Shown here: piece after piece, positions 26,313 through 39,100 of the stretch | Numbering within the stretch: the stretch's first letter is position 1 | How the letters are laid out: every line of letters begins with the position of its first letter | Source of the DNA: Gnetum montanum | Lineage: Eukaryota; Plantae; Gnetophyta | DNA length: 64,000 nt | Assembly (NCBI GenBank): GCA_015680685.1 | Contig: MNCI01002485.1 | Span: forward strand, 1,060,033 to 1,124,032 | Direction of reading: 5' to 3' | Program-made: the position numbers and the translations under genes | Notes under the pieces: generated by a model | Seen by the model: only the letters and a program-made list of their open reading frames with translations | Database searches by the model: none | Told to the model about the DNA's origin: nothing

Positions 26313-27899
26313 TGGTGATCATGGACTGGAAGTGGGATTATCTTCATTGAGGATGCAACAATATCACTCACGGGAGATTGTTCAAGATTGTTGGATCTTT
26401 TCTGCCTCTTCCTCATTCTTCTATTGCCAAGAGGGTTTGGATGTCCATTGGATCTAAGGGTGTTCTTTCCTATTATCAGGAACACCCAACTTTGTACAAA
26501 ATTGTAATGTTGTATGCTTGGGAACTTCTATATTTGTCTATTTTCTCTGTGTCACTTTGCATGTTAGTCACATAGTCCACACTTCCTCATATATTTTGTA
26601 AAGGACTTGTTCCTCCTCTTCTTCTGTACTCAAGAAAAAGTTTTCATTTAGTTGTGGGGGTATGATAAATCATTCTTTTCATATGCTTTGATATCGAAGT
26701 GGCCATGATATCGGGTACATGATATCAAGTACACGATATGATGGCCCAATATGTGATATCGTACATTCAATATTGCAGGGTTACTTCTAGGTCTATAAAT
26801 ACAGCCCCTAGGCACACAATTGAGAGTATTTTTTGATATTAAAGTAGTGAAACTCTTGCAATTTTTCCATTTGAGAGTTACAATATTTTCCAAGTACCCA
26901 TAGTAGTAGGTCTAAGTGTGAACAGATCTTTATTCAAGCATTGATGTACCTGAACACACCATTATGTTGGTAATAAAAAATAACTCTTTGATTCATTCTT
27001 GCAGCACTTGATACTTTCTTTCTTATGCCTTTATACATATTATGATTTCATGTAGTTTACATTAATTTTATTCATGTAGTAATTAATTTTGATTAATTAA
27101 AAAACTCATTAAAATACACAAGCATGACCCCCTTCGAACATATGTGTGACACTTGGTAACTCAAAAATGGTTAGCATTTGACAACCTATTAGTGTTTACA
27201 CAAGGTTCAAGATGTTTTGGGGAAGTGGGAATGGTTACTTATGTTAGGATAGATTACACCTTAGTCACACTTAACCATAAAATTGCATTTCACAAGTGGG
27301 ATTGAGAAGACAATGAACAGGCAACACGCACACATTGTTTAGCTCTAGCATACTTGGTAATTAAGGTCTATAGAATTCAACCAGATTGCACATGAATGCC
27401 TGTGATTTGTATGATTAGGTGTAGGGGTACCTCACCTCTCATCAACAAGGAATGAAGACTTTATGATGTTTCCCATGAACTCATTGCAGGAGAAGATAGA
27501 ATTAAAGAGAAATATTATCTTCAAATTCACATTGTTTCTCATTAATGATCTATCTAAAAATGCATGTAGTGCTTAATTCAATTGGATTAACATAATATGT
27601 TGTACTCAAGCTACATATAAGAAAATTAATGAAAATGAAGAAATTATAAAAATCTTGTATACCTATAGGAACAATTTCATGAAAATATTCTATAATGGTA
27701 ACTCTATCTAAGTTCTCATTAGTAGCTTTCTAATTATCCTAATCATGAATGACAAAAATTTCCACATTTCATTAATAGTTACCCATTTATAAATAGAAAT
27801 TTTATATTTTTATTTGTCCTATTCCAACAAGAGTTTGAGTTATGTAGGAATGATATTTTAATTAACCTTGATTGTCTAGATAAGCCTATTTTGTTGTAC

Positions 27900-30800
27900 C
27901 CATTTTTTCAATATTTTTCCTTGCTAGGATGAGTGGGATTTCAATACTTCACATTAAATTGAAGAATCATCTCAAAAAATAGCATCACAAAACATATTCT
28001 TGGTTGCCAAAGTTCTCTAAGAAATATTTCGAGTGATAACTTAGCTTATGAACATTAGCTTTAGCAACCTTGGCAACTTCAAGAGGTGAATAATTCTAAG
28101 TGTTCTAAAAGTGACACTAATGCTACCACTAATGCAGTATCAACATTACCTCCTAAATAACATCTCCATGTCACAATGCTCAAATTTGCTTTTGGGCTAC
28201 AACTTTAACTTCGTTGAGCCTCAAATGACTAGACTACATCAATGTAGGGACAATGGATATTAATTTTAGGCATCTTTGACATGTTTCCTCTTAATCCATG
28301 AGATGAAAAATTTTCTAAGAGTGGCCAATATCAATGTTGGTGTTGAAATTTTTAATATCACACATAATACTTATTACACATTAAAAAATCAGCATTTTGA
28401 TCTTAGTTTTGACCTCATGAATCCTCCTACAATAACCGAATATCATTCCTAGTACATTGAGCGATGAATTTGGTAAATTTGAAGGTAGCTTGCTAAGTCA
28501 AGACTAAATTAGTGATTAAGTATTGTAGGATGATAGTAACATTAAGATCAATGTTAATGTCAATGTCACTCCCATAGTATTAGCAATAGGAAAGAACATA
28601 AATTTTAACATTTGACATCATTCATAGATTCCACAAGATTCTTAGCATCCTATGGTTACCTTCATAGTGTAATTTGGTATAGGTTTGGACATCAAGAGTT
28701 GTCTCTAGATCTTTGAATATCAGTTCATAAGATGCTAAAACTTATAACTCTAGAGATTATGACCATTAGTATTAGCATCAACATCCCACATCACCTACAT
28801 GACTCCACTTTTCCAAATTTATAATTTCTAAGAACAAACATAAGTCAAGTGTACTTGAATTTGGGGTAAAATTTAAAAATCCTAGGCCTATAAACATAAT
28901 ATCAAAATCCAAATTTAAGACTATTTTTTTGATATTGAGAGCATTTTTTTAGATTTTAAAAAATCAATAATATAAGCATTTATCTTCTTAGTATTTCTCA
29001 AGTGCTCCATGGCCACCCTAGCTCCTCTTAGTAGTCTACAATCTCAATATAATACTTAAGTCTCTAATAACTTTTGAGGTAATACTAACACTAGTGTCAA
29101 CATCAACATTAGCATTACTTGAGTAATCTTCACATCTCCTACATGAGTGTTGTTTTTTTCTAGCTTTAGCATCACTTGCTAAATAGTTTATCAAAATGTC
29201 CTTGTTTTTATTTTGAATAGATTTTGAATGAAATCTATAACTTTTGCATCTATATCTATACCTACCAAAGGTCAAACTTCATCATCAAAATTCTTATTTT
29301 TCTCATAACCTAAGCCTATATTATTAGTCTTATTTTTTAGATGTTTTTCATTGCCCCTTGTAGTTTTGGCCATCCATAGGATGAAAAACTTATATTTCAT
29401 TAATATATCATATTGATTATTAGGAAGGAAATGCCAAAAATATTTTCTCCATATTGATCCTTTTGTTTACCTCTTACATTTTATTTTAAGTCATCATAAG
29501 CATATTTCTCATACTTAACTTTTATTTGCATTTGTTAGAAATTACCAATTCTATCACTTGTCATTTTTCATCATTCCTCCTAGCATTTCTAATTTGTGGA
29601 TAGTAGGCTAAGGCCATATTTAATTAGAAGTTTATGTCTCTTTATTTTATAATCATTGATTTATCAAGAGTTATATTGATTTAAAAATGATTTATGACCA
29701 TGAGTTGGATACTTATCATCTAATTCATAGAGGTTTTTTTGCAATGTTATAAAATGACATTTTTTAAGAACATTTTTTGCACTAGAAGAAGGATCAATAG
29801 GTTTTCTTGTATTCTTGAACATTTGTCTAGAAACTCATATGTCTTTTTCAATGCTTTATTTTTGCATATTTTTAGGAATTTACTTAGTTTTTATGTATAA
29901 TTTTCTTTTTCCATTTGCATTTGATCCTTTTTCTCCAAGTGTATGCATTAGATACTCTTTGACATCATATCTTGATAACAATCTCAATCATTTTAAAGCT
30001 CCTAGCTTCATAGGCTAGTGAAGATATGAGATATGTTCAAAAGTGATTACAAGGCTGCATGTGTTAAATGAAAGCTTAACATTAATCTTTTTGATCCTAA
30101 ATTATGAAGGATGGCTAAATATGAAGCTATTAATAACTTGAAGCCCTTCCTTCCAAACCCAAGTCATCAAGTGGAGCTAGATTAACATGAACAAATAATA
30201 ATAACTAAATATCTTTTTTATTAGAGATGGGATCCAGGAACTTGCTAGTGTTTAAGTATAGCACAAGGAGGTTACAATCAAGCATATCATTGGACATCCC
30301 AACAAAAACTTTGATTGAAGTTACTAGTTTTAGGACCAACATAGCAGAGGTGGTGATGCCATCAGAATTCATGATGATAATGAGGATGATAATATTCATG
30401 TCTCACTATTCATAGATTTCTACCATCAATACGTTATGCAACCATAAAGCCCAATATTGTAGCATGCCAATCTCATCAATTTCACTAATCCATTTTCCAT
30501 GCATATTTCCTAAACTACTAGCCCTACTTCATATATGTCCACTGATTCATCTATTATTGTCTCATCTAAGGTTATCCTCCCTCCAACATATATCCTATTT
30601 CTAAGAATAAATACTAACAATCCAAAATTCCATGCATAAGTATAGAATCATAATACCTTATTGAATCTATTCTAGTCCCTATTCCATATGCCACCAATCT
30701 AACAACAGCAAGCTTCCTTGTCATTTCACCCATTTTCCAAGCATATGCCTCAATACAATATTCCGTAGTCTATCTTCATGCTTTCTGTTACATCTTCCCA

Positions 30801-33240
30801 ACCAATTTTTCCTTTTCATAATCCCATTTTGGGTAATCCTATCATGTCATCTATCCCTAGTATTCCACCTAAGTTAATGCTCCTATTCTAAGACTTATCT
30901 TCTAGGTCATAGATAAGCAAGAATTAGATACATAAGGAAATAGCACTACATAGAGACACTCATGTTGTTTTCATTTTCAATCTCATTGTTGATCCTATTA
31001 GCCAATTAATCCTACCTACCCAAGTTTCCAAATGGGCCTTCTTACTAAATTTCATCAACTATAATGGGAAGTCTGATATGAAAAATCACATTTTTATAAT
31101 GAATGCATATTATTAGCCAGCTATCCTCACACTATCCTTAAAATCTTTTTTAACTCTATAACTAGAAGAGCATTTGAATGGTTTAAGTACAATATCACTA
31201 GTTATTACACTTTTCCAAGCCTTCTAGCAATCAATCAAGCTCAAAATAAGTCCATGTACAACAATGGGACTTACTCAACCATTTCCTAACAATTAATTTT
31301 TGGATATCTTTAAAGAAGCTTTAAATGACCACATTAGACGTAAGCTAGTCTATCCTAGCCTACTTAGCCTTCATGATGCCATTACTTTAGCTAAGTATAT
31401 TAAGAAGGTTTTCATTTAATATAATGACTTGAAATGGTACAAATTTTACAATAAGATCAACAATGTAGTTGGCAAGAAGAAAATCTCTTTAAAATGTAGT
31501 ACACATAGTGATATCGGTGAACCAATTCTCAATAGGTTGATCATTAAGAAATGATGACAATAGAATTTTAAACTCTAAGTCCAATGGTAGTGGATAAAAT
31601 TCTTTTAATAGAGGACAAAGAAGATCATCAAAGGACAAGTTTAAATCATAAATTCTAGATGATCTACACACATAATTATAACATTTTACCAAAAGAGGAA
31701 CATATTATTTCAAAATAGGTCCTCGAGTAAATAAGAAAATGATTTAAAGGACTCCAAAATTTAGACATTGATCCTTCTCAATGGATAGAAGGAGATCCAC
31801 CTCACCCAAAATGATATAATCCTAACAAGTTATATTATTATCATGAAGTTGCAAAACATGATACCAATGATTAAAATATATGTAAGGATGATATATAAGC
31901 ATTGATGGAAAAAGGATAAATTATTTTCAATATGCTAGTATAGCCAAATAATTAAAACATGTAGATCTTTTAGAGTCCTTTGAATACTCAATTAATGAGG
32001 ATCTCCACATTCTTTTTTGAATCCATTAGTAACCATTCAAAAGAATCCTTTATAATCCAAATGGGCCCCTTCCAAAGTGATTTTCATTCATCCTTATAAT
32101 TAAATTAATCAAAATAAAAAAAATCCTTTCATCATAAACCTCTCTTGGAATGATGCTAATCCTTCTACATTCTCAAATGTACATAGAGCTCCATTGGTCA
32201 TTAACATGACACCTCACTACAATGAAATCTCCACATAAATTCCTTCTTTGCTTATCCTCGGTCCCCTCTAAGAAACACATTATCTTTGCCTACACCATCT
32301 TATCTTGTTGATTATCCTTCTATTTCATCATATTCTATAGCTCTTCCATCTCATCCGTTCTCTTCACCTAAGTCACAAGAGCCTGTCCTTCTTTCTACTC
32401 CTACATCCCTCATCAAGATCCTCAACTAGGCTTAAAAGGAAGCAATGGTAAAAGAGAAAGAGAAAGAGAAATAACAAGTAAACAAGTAGTATATACAACA
32501 TAAAAAGAACTCATTCTAGAATACATCAAACATAACATCTCATACTCCTATGAATACATCAATTGCTTCTACATCAAATTCTATTCCTCTTGTGTTAACC
32601 ACCATTGAAGTAATGCCTAGGGATAAAGCCTTGCACCAAATCATAACAACAATGAAATAAAAGAAAATAAACCTATCTTTCTCTAATTTGATCTCACCCT
32701 CAAAGGAGCATCGCTTAAAACTAGAGGGACTTCTCAAATCCATTATAGTACTAGCAAACATTCAGCCTCATGCTTTCACCATTTCATCAATGCTTAATAT
32801 CCCATAATATAAGGTTGATTATTTGGTATTCAAGAAAAAAAAAATAAAAACATTAAGACACATTTTACAATGGATTCCATGTACTATCTTCCCATATATA
32901 TCATGATACAAATCAGTGAGAACATGGCTCTACTCTTGATGTATGTGGATGATGGAACAAGAACCAATATCATTTCATGAGTGGTCATTGAGCATCTCAA
33001 CCTTGAAATACAGACTAAATACTCCAACTATTACTTCTCTTTCATTTCATTTAGTGATGTTAGAATAGAGATCATAAGAGTGATTAAGTTGTTCTCTTTA
33101 GTATGGAGTTGTATTGCATCTAAGGTGGTTTTTGCAATCATTAGAGACTTATCTAGTATCAATGTGTTGGTACAATTTGGCCATTTCATGGAACAAACTT
33201 TATTAGGTTGTAACATTGAAAAATAAATTATTATTAATAA
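27900..33240 (+). mobile_element. Very old Tat/Ogre-like 5' half: LTR-like region, gag (~30200-32000) and protease (~32900-33200), truncated
   Basis: Gag-like LPTQVSK...KFHQL/AFEWF remnants (~31010-31190); protease-like YVDDGTRTNII (~32942); LTR homology to 9600-11290. Confidence 0.55.
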
Positions 33241-33259
33241 TATGGAAAAGAAAATATAT

Positions 33260-34150
33260 AGATCAAATTGCAAAGCCTGGTTGACCAGAACCAGTTGTTC
33301 GAATCAGAGATAGGGATAATATATGTAGCTTTACAATTACAGCACATGGAGATCACACTGCTGCAAGAACAGAGATGCGAAGTTTCCAAATTATGGATGG
33401 ATTTAAAGGTTCAAGTAGAGACTGCTAATGAAACAATGTCAAATGGAAGCAAATTTAAACATGAGAAAGATTTTGAGATACAGAGCTGACATCAAATAAA
33501 GTTCTCTTCATTGTAGTGGGGACCGGGCATAAGCAAATTTAAACATAAGCAAAGATACAGAGCTGTATCCCTTAGAGGGGACCGAGGATAAGCAAAATGA
33601 GTTCATGCAGCAGTGGGATGGATCACAGACCAAAGAGAACGAACGTATCTTGATTCTTGATGCAGCAGTGGGAACGAACGTAGGTTGAGCTCCTTCAACA
33701 GCTCCTGCAGTTTGCCGTTCAGTTCTTGCGCTTTAGTCGCCTACTCCGTCACCGTCTCCATGTCAGTGCAGCCTTTACAGCAGCAAAAATGGCTTTGAGA
33801 AAGCTCCAGCATCAAACATAACAATGGTCTTGAAGCAATCCAAGGACCTTCTGCTGCTTCCCGGATCAAATTCAATATGTCGTTCAGACGACTTCTCTCC
33901 ATGAGAAGGAAAAGCAACATTGGCTACACTAAGTAATGAAGTTTGCTGGTGATCCGGTTCAACTGAACATTTATACACGTCAGTTTCAGTCTGCTTCTAC
34001 AGATTCATATTTAACGGAACGAGCAGTACATTGTTGCCATTTGGCTATGGTGCAAGATGATATAGGATTTTGTAACAACATAGGCAAAAAATACGGTGGT
34101 GATTTTGGACCTATATGATAGGTGCTTTGTTCTTTTTATAATAAAAATAT
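33260..34150. other. Second CpG-retaining non-TE island; possible terminal exon (+) and/or pseudogene fragment (-)
   Basis: CG-rich; AATAAA at ~34140; minus-strand frame MLLFLLMERSRLNDILNLIREAAEG...TVTE*ATKAQELNGKLQELLKELNL with a single internal stop. Confidence 0.45.
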
Positions 34151-34169
34151 TATTTTTCACGGATGATTA

Positions 34170-34896
34170 TGTAACGTCCTATATATAAGGGGATATTTGC
34201 TATTTCCGTTGTGACCTTTATGATAGTTACAACTAAAATTCCATGATATTTAAATTTCTAATAACTTTACGTGGAAGTTAAATTTAACTTTACGTGGAAG
34301 TTAAATTTAACTTTATGTGGAAGTTATAACTTCTTAAGATAGTTATGAATTAATCTCCTAGATATTTGTAACTCACCTCTTTCTTTCATGATGATTCTAA
34401 CTACCCTGAAGTCACTATAAAAAGGGTTTCAAGGGTAGAATTCAAGGAAGGGGATTTTTGAGAGGAGTTTTTGGGGGAAAGCAACCTAGAAGAATATTGA
34501 AGATTTCTCGTAAAGCATAGCTTACTAAAAACATCAATTCAGCTACTTTGTTTTAATTTTGCAAGTTCATTTTTTCTCATTTTGTTTTAGTTACTTAGCT
34601 AATGGTTTAAATAGTATCATGTTTGGCATTTAATTTTTGGATGGAACCAAAAGTCAATGAGTTTGAAACTAGTTTTCCATGATTATTTACCACATATGAA
34701 TTCACGGATCTAGGATTTCGTAAACTAAACATAGTTGAATTAGTCAAATGAATGAAGGCTCTTACTAGATCAAAAGCTAGGAAAGCCATTATCAAGGCAT
34801 AACCATAATAACAATCTAACCCCTTTTTCTTTCTTTTTGATATTTATCTTTTACTTAGAATTTGCATGTGTTTTCTAGTCTTAGTTTATACATTGA
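34170..34896 (+). repeat. LTR-like repeat (TGTAACG start), interrupted by element B; inverted homologue of 6600-8020
   Basis: TGTAACGTCC at 34170, tandem repeats, CTATAAAAG TATA at ~34415; the interrupted sequence resumes after 47970. Confidence 0.55.
34262..34326 (+). repeat. 23-bp tandem repeat x~3 (TAACTTTACGTGGAAGTTAAATT)
   Basis: Two exact copies plus one with C>T; each has TAACTT/AAGTTA inverted arms around TACGTGG. Confidence 0.92.
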
Positions 34897-36131
34897 TGAT
34901 GAATCATGGTTTGTCAGGTGCTGATATTGGATCCTTGATGTTGGACCCTTGACATTGGACCCTTGACGTTGGACCCTTAACATCAGACCCTTAACATCGG
35001 ATCCCTAATATCGAACCCTCGATATCGAGTACACGATATTATGGTTCTTGTGTAAGCCTATAAATACCACATTTGGGCGCACAAGAAAGTAGTAAGTTTT
35101 AAAGTTAAGTTTTAGAGTTAGTTAGTCTTAGAGTAGAATCTTTTTTTCATTTTTTAGTTCTTCTCAACTCCTTCTCTAGTGCATGCTCACAATGTGATGA
35201 TTATAATTGTATGGAACCTTTATTCCCTGCAATATCGCGTACGCGATATCGTAGCCCGCTGCCAGTTGTATAAATAAGAGGCGGCTCTCCCTTGTTTCTC
35301 CATCTAGATCTAGACCTTAGCCAAACTCTTGCCATTTTTCCATTCCAGAGTTAGAATAATTTCCATGTGCCCGCAATAGGAGTCCCAAAGTGAATGGATC
35401 TTTATTCGAACAATTTTGTACCTAAGCACACGATTGTGTATAGCAATAAAGATGAACATTTTGATAAACCTTATAGTGCATGGACTAAGCTAAATAGGAA
35501 TTTAATTATTGTTAATGTTTAAATGCTTTATTAGTTAATTAAATCTCTCTCAACCCTCAACTCCTAGTTAAGCACATTCAGTACGATCGCTTCGAGCATG
35601 TACGTTACACTTGGTAATCCTAGTAACGAATAGTGTTTGGTAATCCCAGTAGCATTGCATTGGTTCAGGGTGTGAAACGGAAAGTGGGAACGGATACTGA
35701 TGCTAGGGTAATTAAGGCTTAGTTAGTTAAAGTTAGTTACTTAGTATCTTCACCCTTTCCCTCATTAGCATAGGCAATAAAACATAAAAGATATAAAAAT
35801 CACATGCCTCAAGCTTACTTAACCATACAACCGTGACAAATACAAGTAAGCTTGGGAGGACAACAATTGATTAACCTTAGGTGTTCCATAAGGCGTGTAG
35901 GCACTTAGTCTGCGGAGTTCAACTGGATCGTGGGTGTAACGCTCGTATTCATATGGTTGAGTGTAGGGGTGCCTCACCAATCATCATTGGCGCCGTTGCC
36001 AGGGACAAAGTTGTTTGTGTGCTAAGTAGAACATAGGAAATCATCCACATCATTGGGAAGCTTAAATGAATCCTTAGGGTTAATTAGAAAAAAATTTAAA
36101 CAACGGTCAACAACACACCAACAAGATAACA

Positions 36132-39100
36132 ATGTCTTCTTCTCATAAAAGCACTTCACCACCTAGGGATCACAGAAGAGACAGTCGGCAGCACAACATA
36201 CATAACCAAGAACCATTAGTTCCTCAACAATTTAGTGTGGTATATATTCATCATGATGAATATATACCTGACTTTACCTTTGTCTTCCATCAAGATGAAC
36301 AACTATGATGGAGAGACTTAGAGGGTAACATAGTGTTGCCTCCAGACAAAGCCACCCCCAACATGCTCCTTCGTGCCCTTGCATGACTTGACATGTCGCA
36401 ATTATACACTGAGTATGTTGCATGCTATTACAACATGAGGGACTACCATCCCACAGAAGCGCAACATCAATGGGACTTGTGACAGGAGAGTCACCACACA
36501 TCATTGAAGGGCAAAGGCCTCCATAATACTTCACCCGTTATAAGAGAAATTAAGGGTGGTGAACCTATCTCAGTAGGTTCTCCATGAAATGATGTTCCTC
36601 CTCCTAACGATAGTAAGGAGGTAGGGTATCAAAACATTCACTCCATGATTCACAACCCTAGTTTTGATTCCCACAAAATCTAAGTGTTCAATAAGGGAAC
36701 ACAAACACAAGATAAGGGCAAGCATTCTGATCATCATCACGATCGGGGCCATAGCCATCGAAGAGAAGGTAAGAAACATCATCATGGCGATGGTTCCCCT
36801 TCTTCTTCACCTTCATCACATCATTGACCCTCTCCTTCCACATTCAGATACAATCACAAAGAGCACAACCATGAGGATAAGGGTAAAGATAAGCAAAATG
36901 AGAGACCTTGACGAGAGAGTTGAGAGCGAGGATGAGGGCATTCTAGGGAATCAAGGCATGAAAGAAGGGAAAGTAGGGAACCACGTAGGCATCATAGATG
37001 TCATGAGAGAGATGATCATGAAGAACCCCTATTAGCAACCTGGAGTATGCTAGACATTATGGAGGCTGTGAGAATACCTACAAGGCACCAAAAAGATAGC
37101 TGGATCAAAAGACTAGACATGAATAATATCCCACAGTTTGTGGGGGGATACAATGCTAATCTGCAGAATCACTTACAAGCATTCCATGATGCCTGTGCCT
37201 TGCAGAATATTGAAAACAAGTGGAAAAAGTTAAAGTTGTTCCCTAGGGCACTCATAAAAGAAGCAGAAAGTTGGTACTGGTCCTTAGAACTGACATCCAT
37301 TAGACGATGGAGTATGTTGTTAGAATTGTTTACGATAAATACCAAACATACTCCAGAGTGTCCAACTTGCATAAGCAGATCCAAGGATAGAAGCAGGGTA
37401 ATCACGAACCCTTGGATGCTACCATGGGCTGATATTATGCATTGCTACATCATTGCCTAGGCCATGGTTACGCACAATGGGATCAACTATGCCACCTCGT
37501 AGATGGGCTAAGACATGAAACTAGGAGAACCCTTGGGACATATGCCCAAGCGAAATTATCTAAACTTAGGTCCCATGAAGTTCATATATTTTTGGAGCAA
37601 GTAGCTAAGGAAGAAGGGGAGCTATGGAAAAGAGAAAGCACAGAAGAATATAACCGTGATGCTTCCCTTCGAAAGAGGGAAGTGAGATTCTATGAGGGAA
37701 GTGAGATTCTATGAGGAGGAGGATGAGTCATCACTTGAAGAGTTGGTGAATAGAAAAACCTTGCCACTTCAAAAGTTAACAACCAAAGTGTCAGCTAAGG
37801 TAGATCAAATGTGGGACTACTTAGATAGTAGATTCGAAATTTTTTTTAACATCATAGAGGAGTCTAAGAAATGAAGTAGTGACCATGATAAGAAAAAGCG
37901 AAGAGATTCAGACCATGCACATAACAAGGATAAGGGAAAAATGACTATCACTGATGAGGTTATGGATTCGGATATAGACAATGATGGTGGATGTGAGATC
38001 TGCCAATATGACCATCCTAAGAGATGTTTCCCAATAATCTCACATTTGTAAGAGTCCGAGGTGTATGCACTCAACCCAAGACTTAACAAATGGCAAGCAC
38101 CCCGAAGGTTACTTTATCCCTAAGGTAACCCAAGGAAGTTCCACCAACCCTTAATGTATTATCCAAGTGGAACTCTGCCACAACCTATCGAGCAACACCA
38201 ATAGTGGAATTACCCACAGTCATGCCACCGCCAAGACAACAATACCCTTATCGGCAACCAGACCCATGTGGCTATTATGTGCAGTAGCCAGTTTCTCCAA
38301 GTAACTATATGGATCATGTGACTTCACAACGACACTACCAAGTTCAGGAGTATTTTAAGACTCCCTCTCCTAGAGGAGACACTCCACATGCATACCATCC
38401 TTCGAATCCATCCACATCTCTTACGCCGATAGTTCCACTACCACCAACTCCAACGATGCAAGGGAAACTCCCCACTCAACCGCAACAACATAATGCTATA
38501 AGAGCTGTAAACCTTCAAACCACTATTGGTTCTAACAACCATACAAAGAGAAGATCCTTCTTTAGAACCAATAGTCCAAACAAGCTCTCACAATCACAAG
38601 CAGTTGATTCTATGACCACTCCTCCATCAAGAAAGGCTTCGGAGCTCCCTTCAAACCAATAATAGAGCTCAACGCACATGGTTACGTTAACAAATAATGT
38701 CACTGACTAGATAAAGGTGGGCCACCTCCCTAGGAAACTCTATGATCCTAGAAGTCCCTTAATCTATCTCCAAGTTACTGGGAATGAACCACGTAAGGCT
38801 CTTCTTAACTCAGGTTCTAGAGTCAACTTAATATCGCAAGAAATGTATAAAACCTGGAACCTACCTTCACTTAAGAAGAGCAATATTTAATTAGAGCTAG
38901 TTGACTAGTCCATCATTGTCCCTTTGGGACTTGTGGAGGACATTATTACCACTATGTGTGGTTAATCATACCTAGCTAATTTCCTAGTGATAGAAGTCAA
39001 CAGTAACAAAGGGGACTTCCCAATTATAATGGGGAGGGCATGGCTTAGCACCATCAACGCGTTCCTAGGAATCTACGATCTTTCCTTGGAAATATCTAAG

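Larger units (their letters stand above)
17452..27444 (+). mobile_element. Full-length degenerate Athila-like Ty3/gypsy LTR retrotransposon (element A)
   Basis: LTRs 17452-18309 and 26663-27444 (TGATA...CATCA); perfect TSD ACAAG; PBS; gag-PR-RT-RH-INT order; G-tract GTTGTGGGGGTA before the 3' LTR. Confidence 0.96.
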
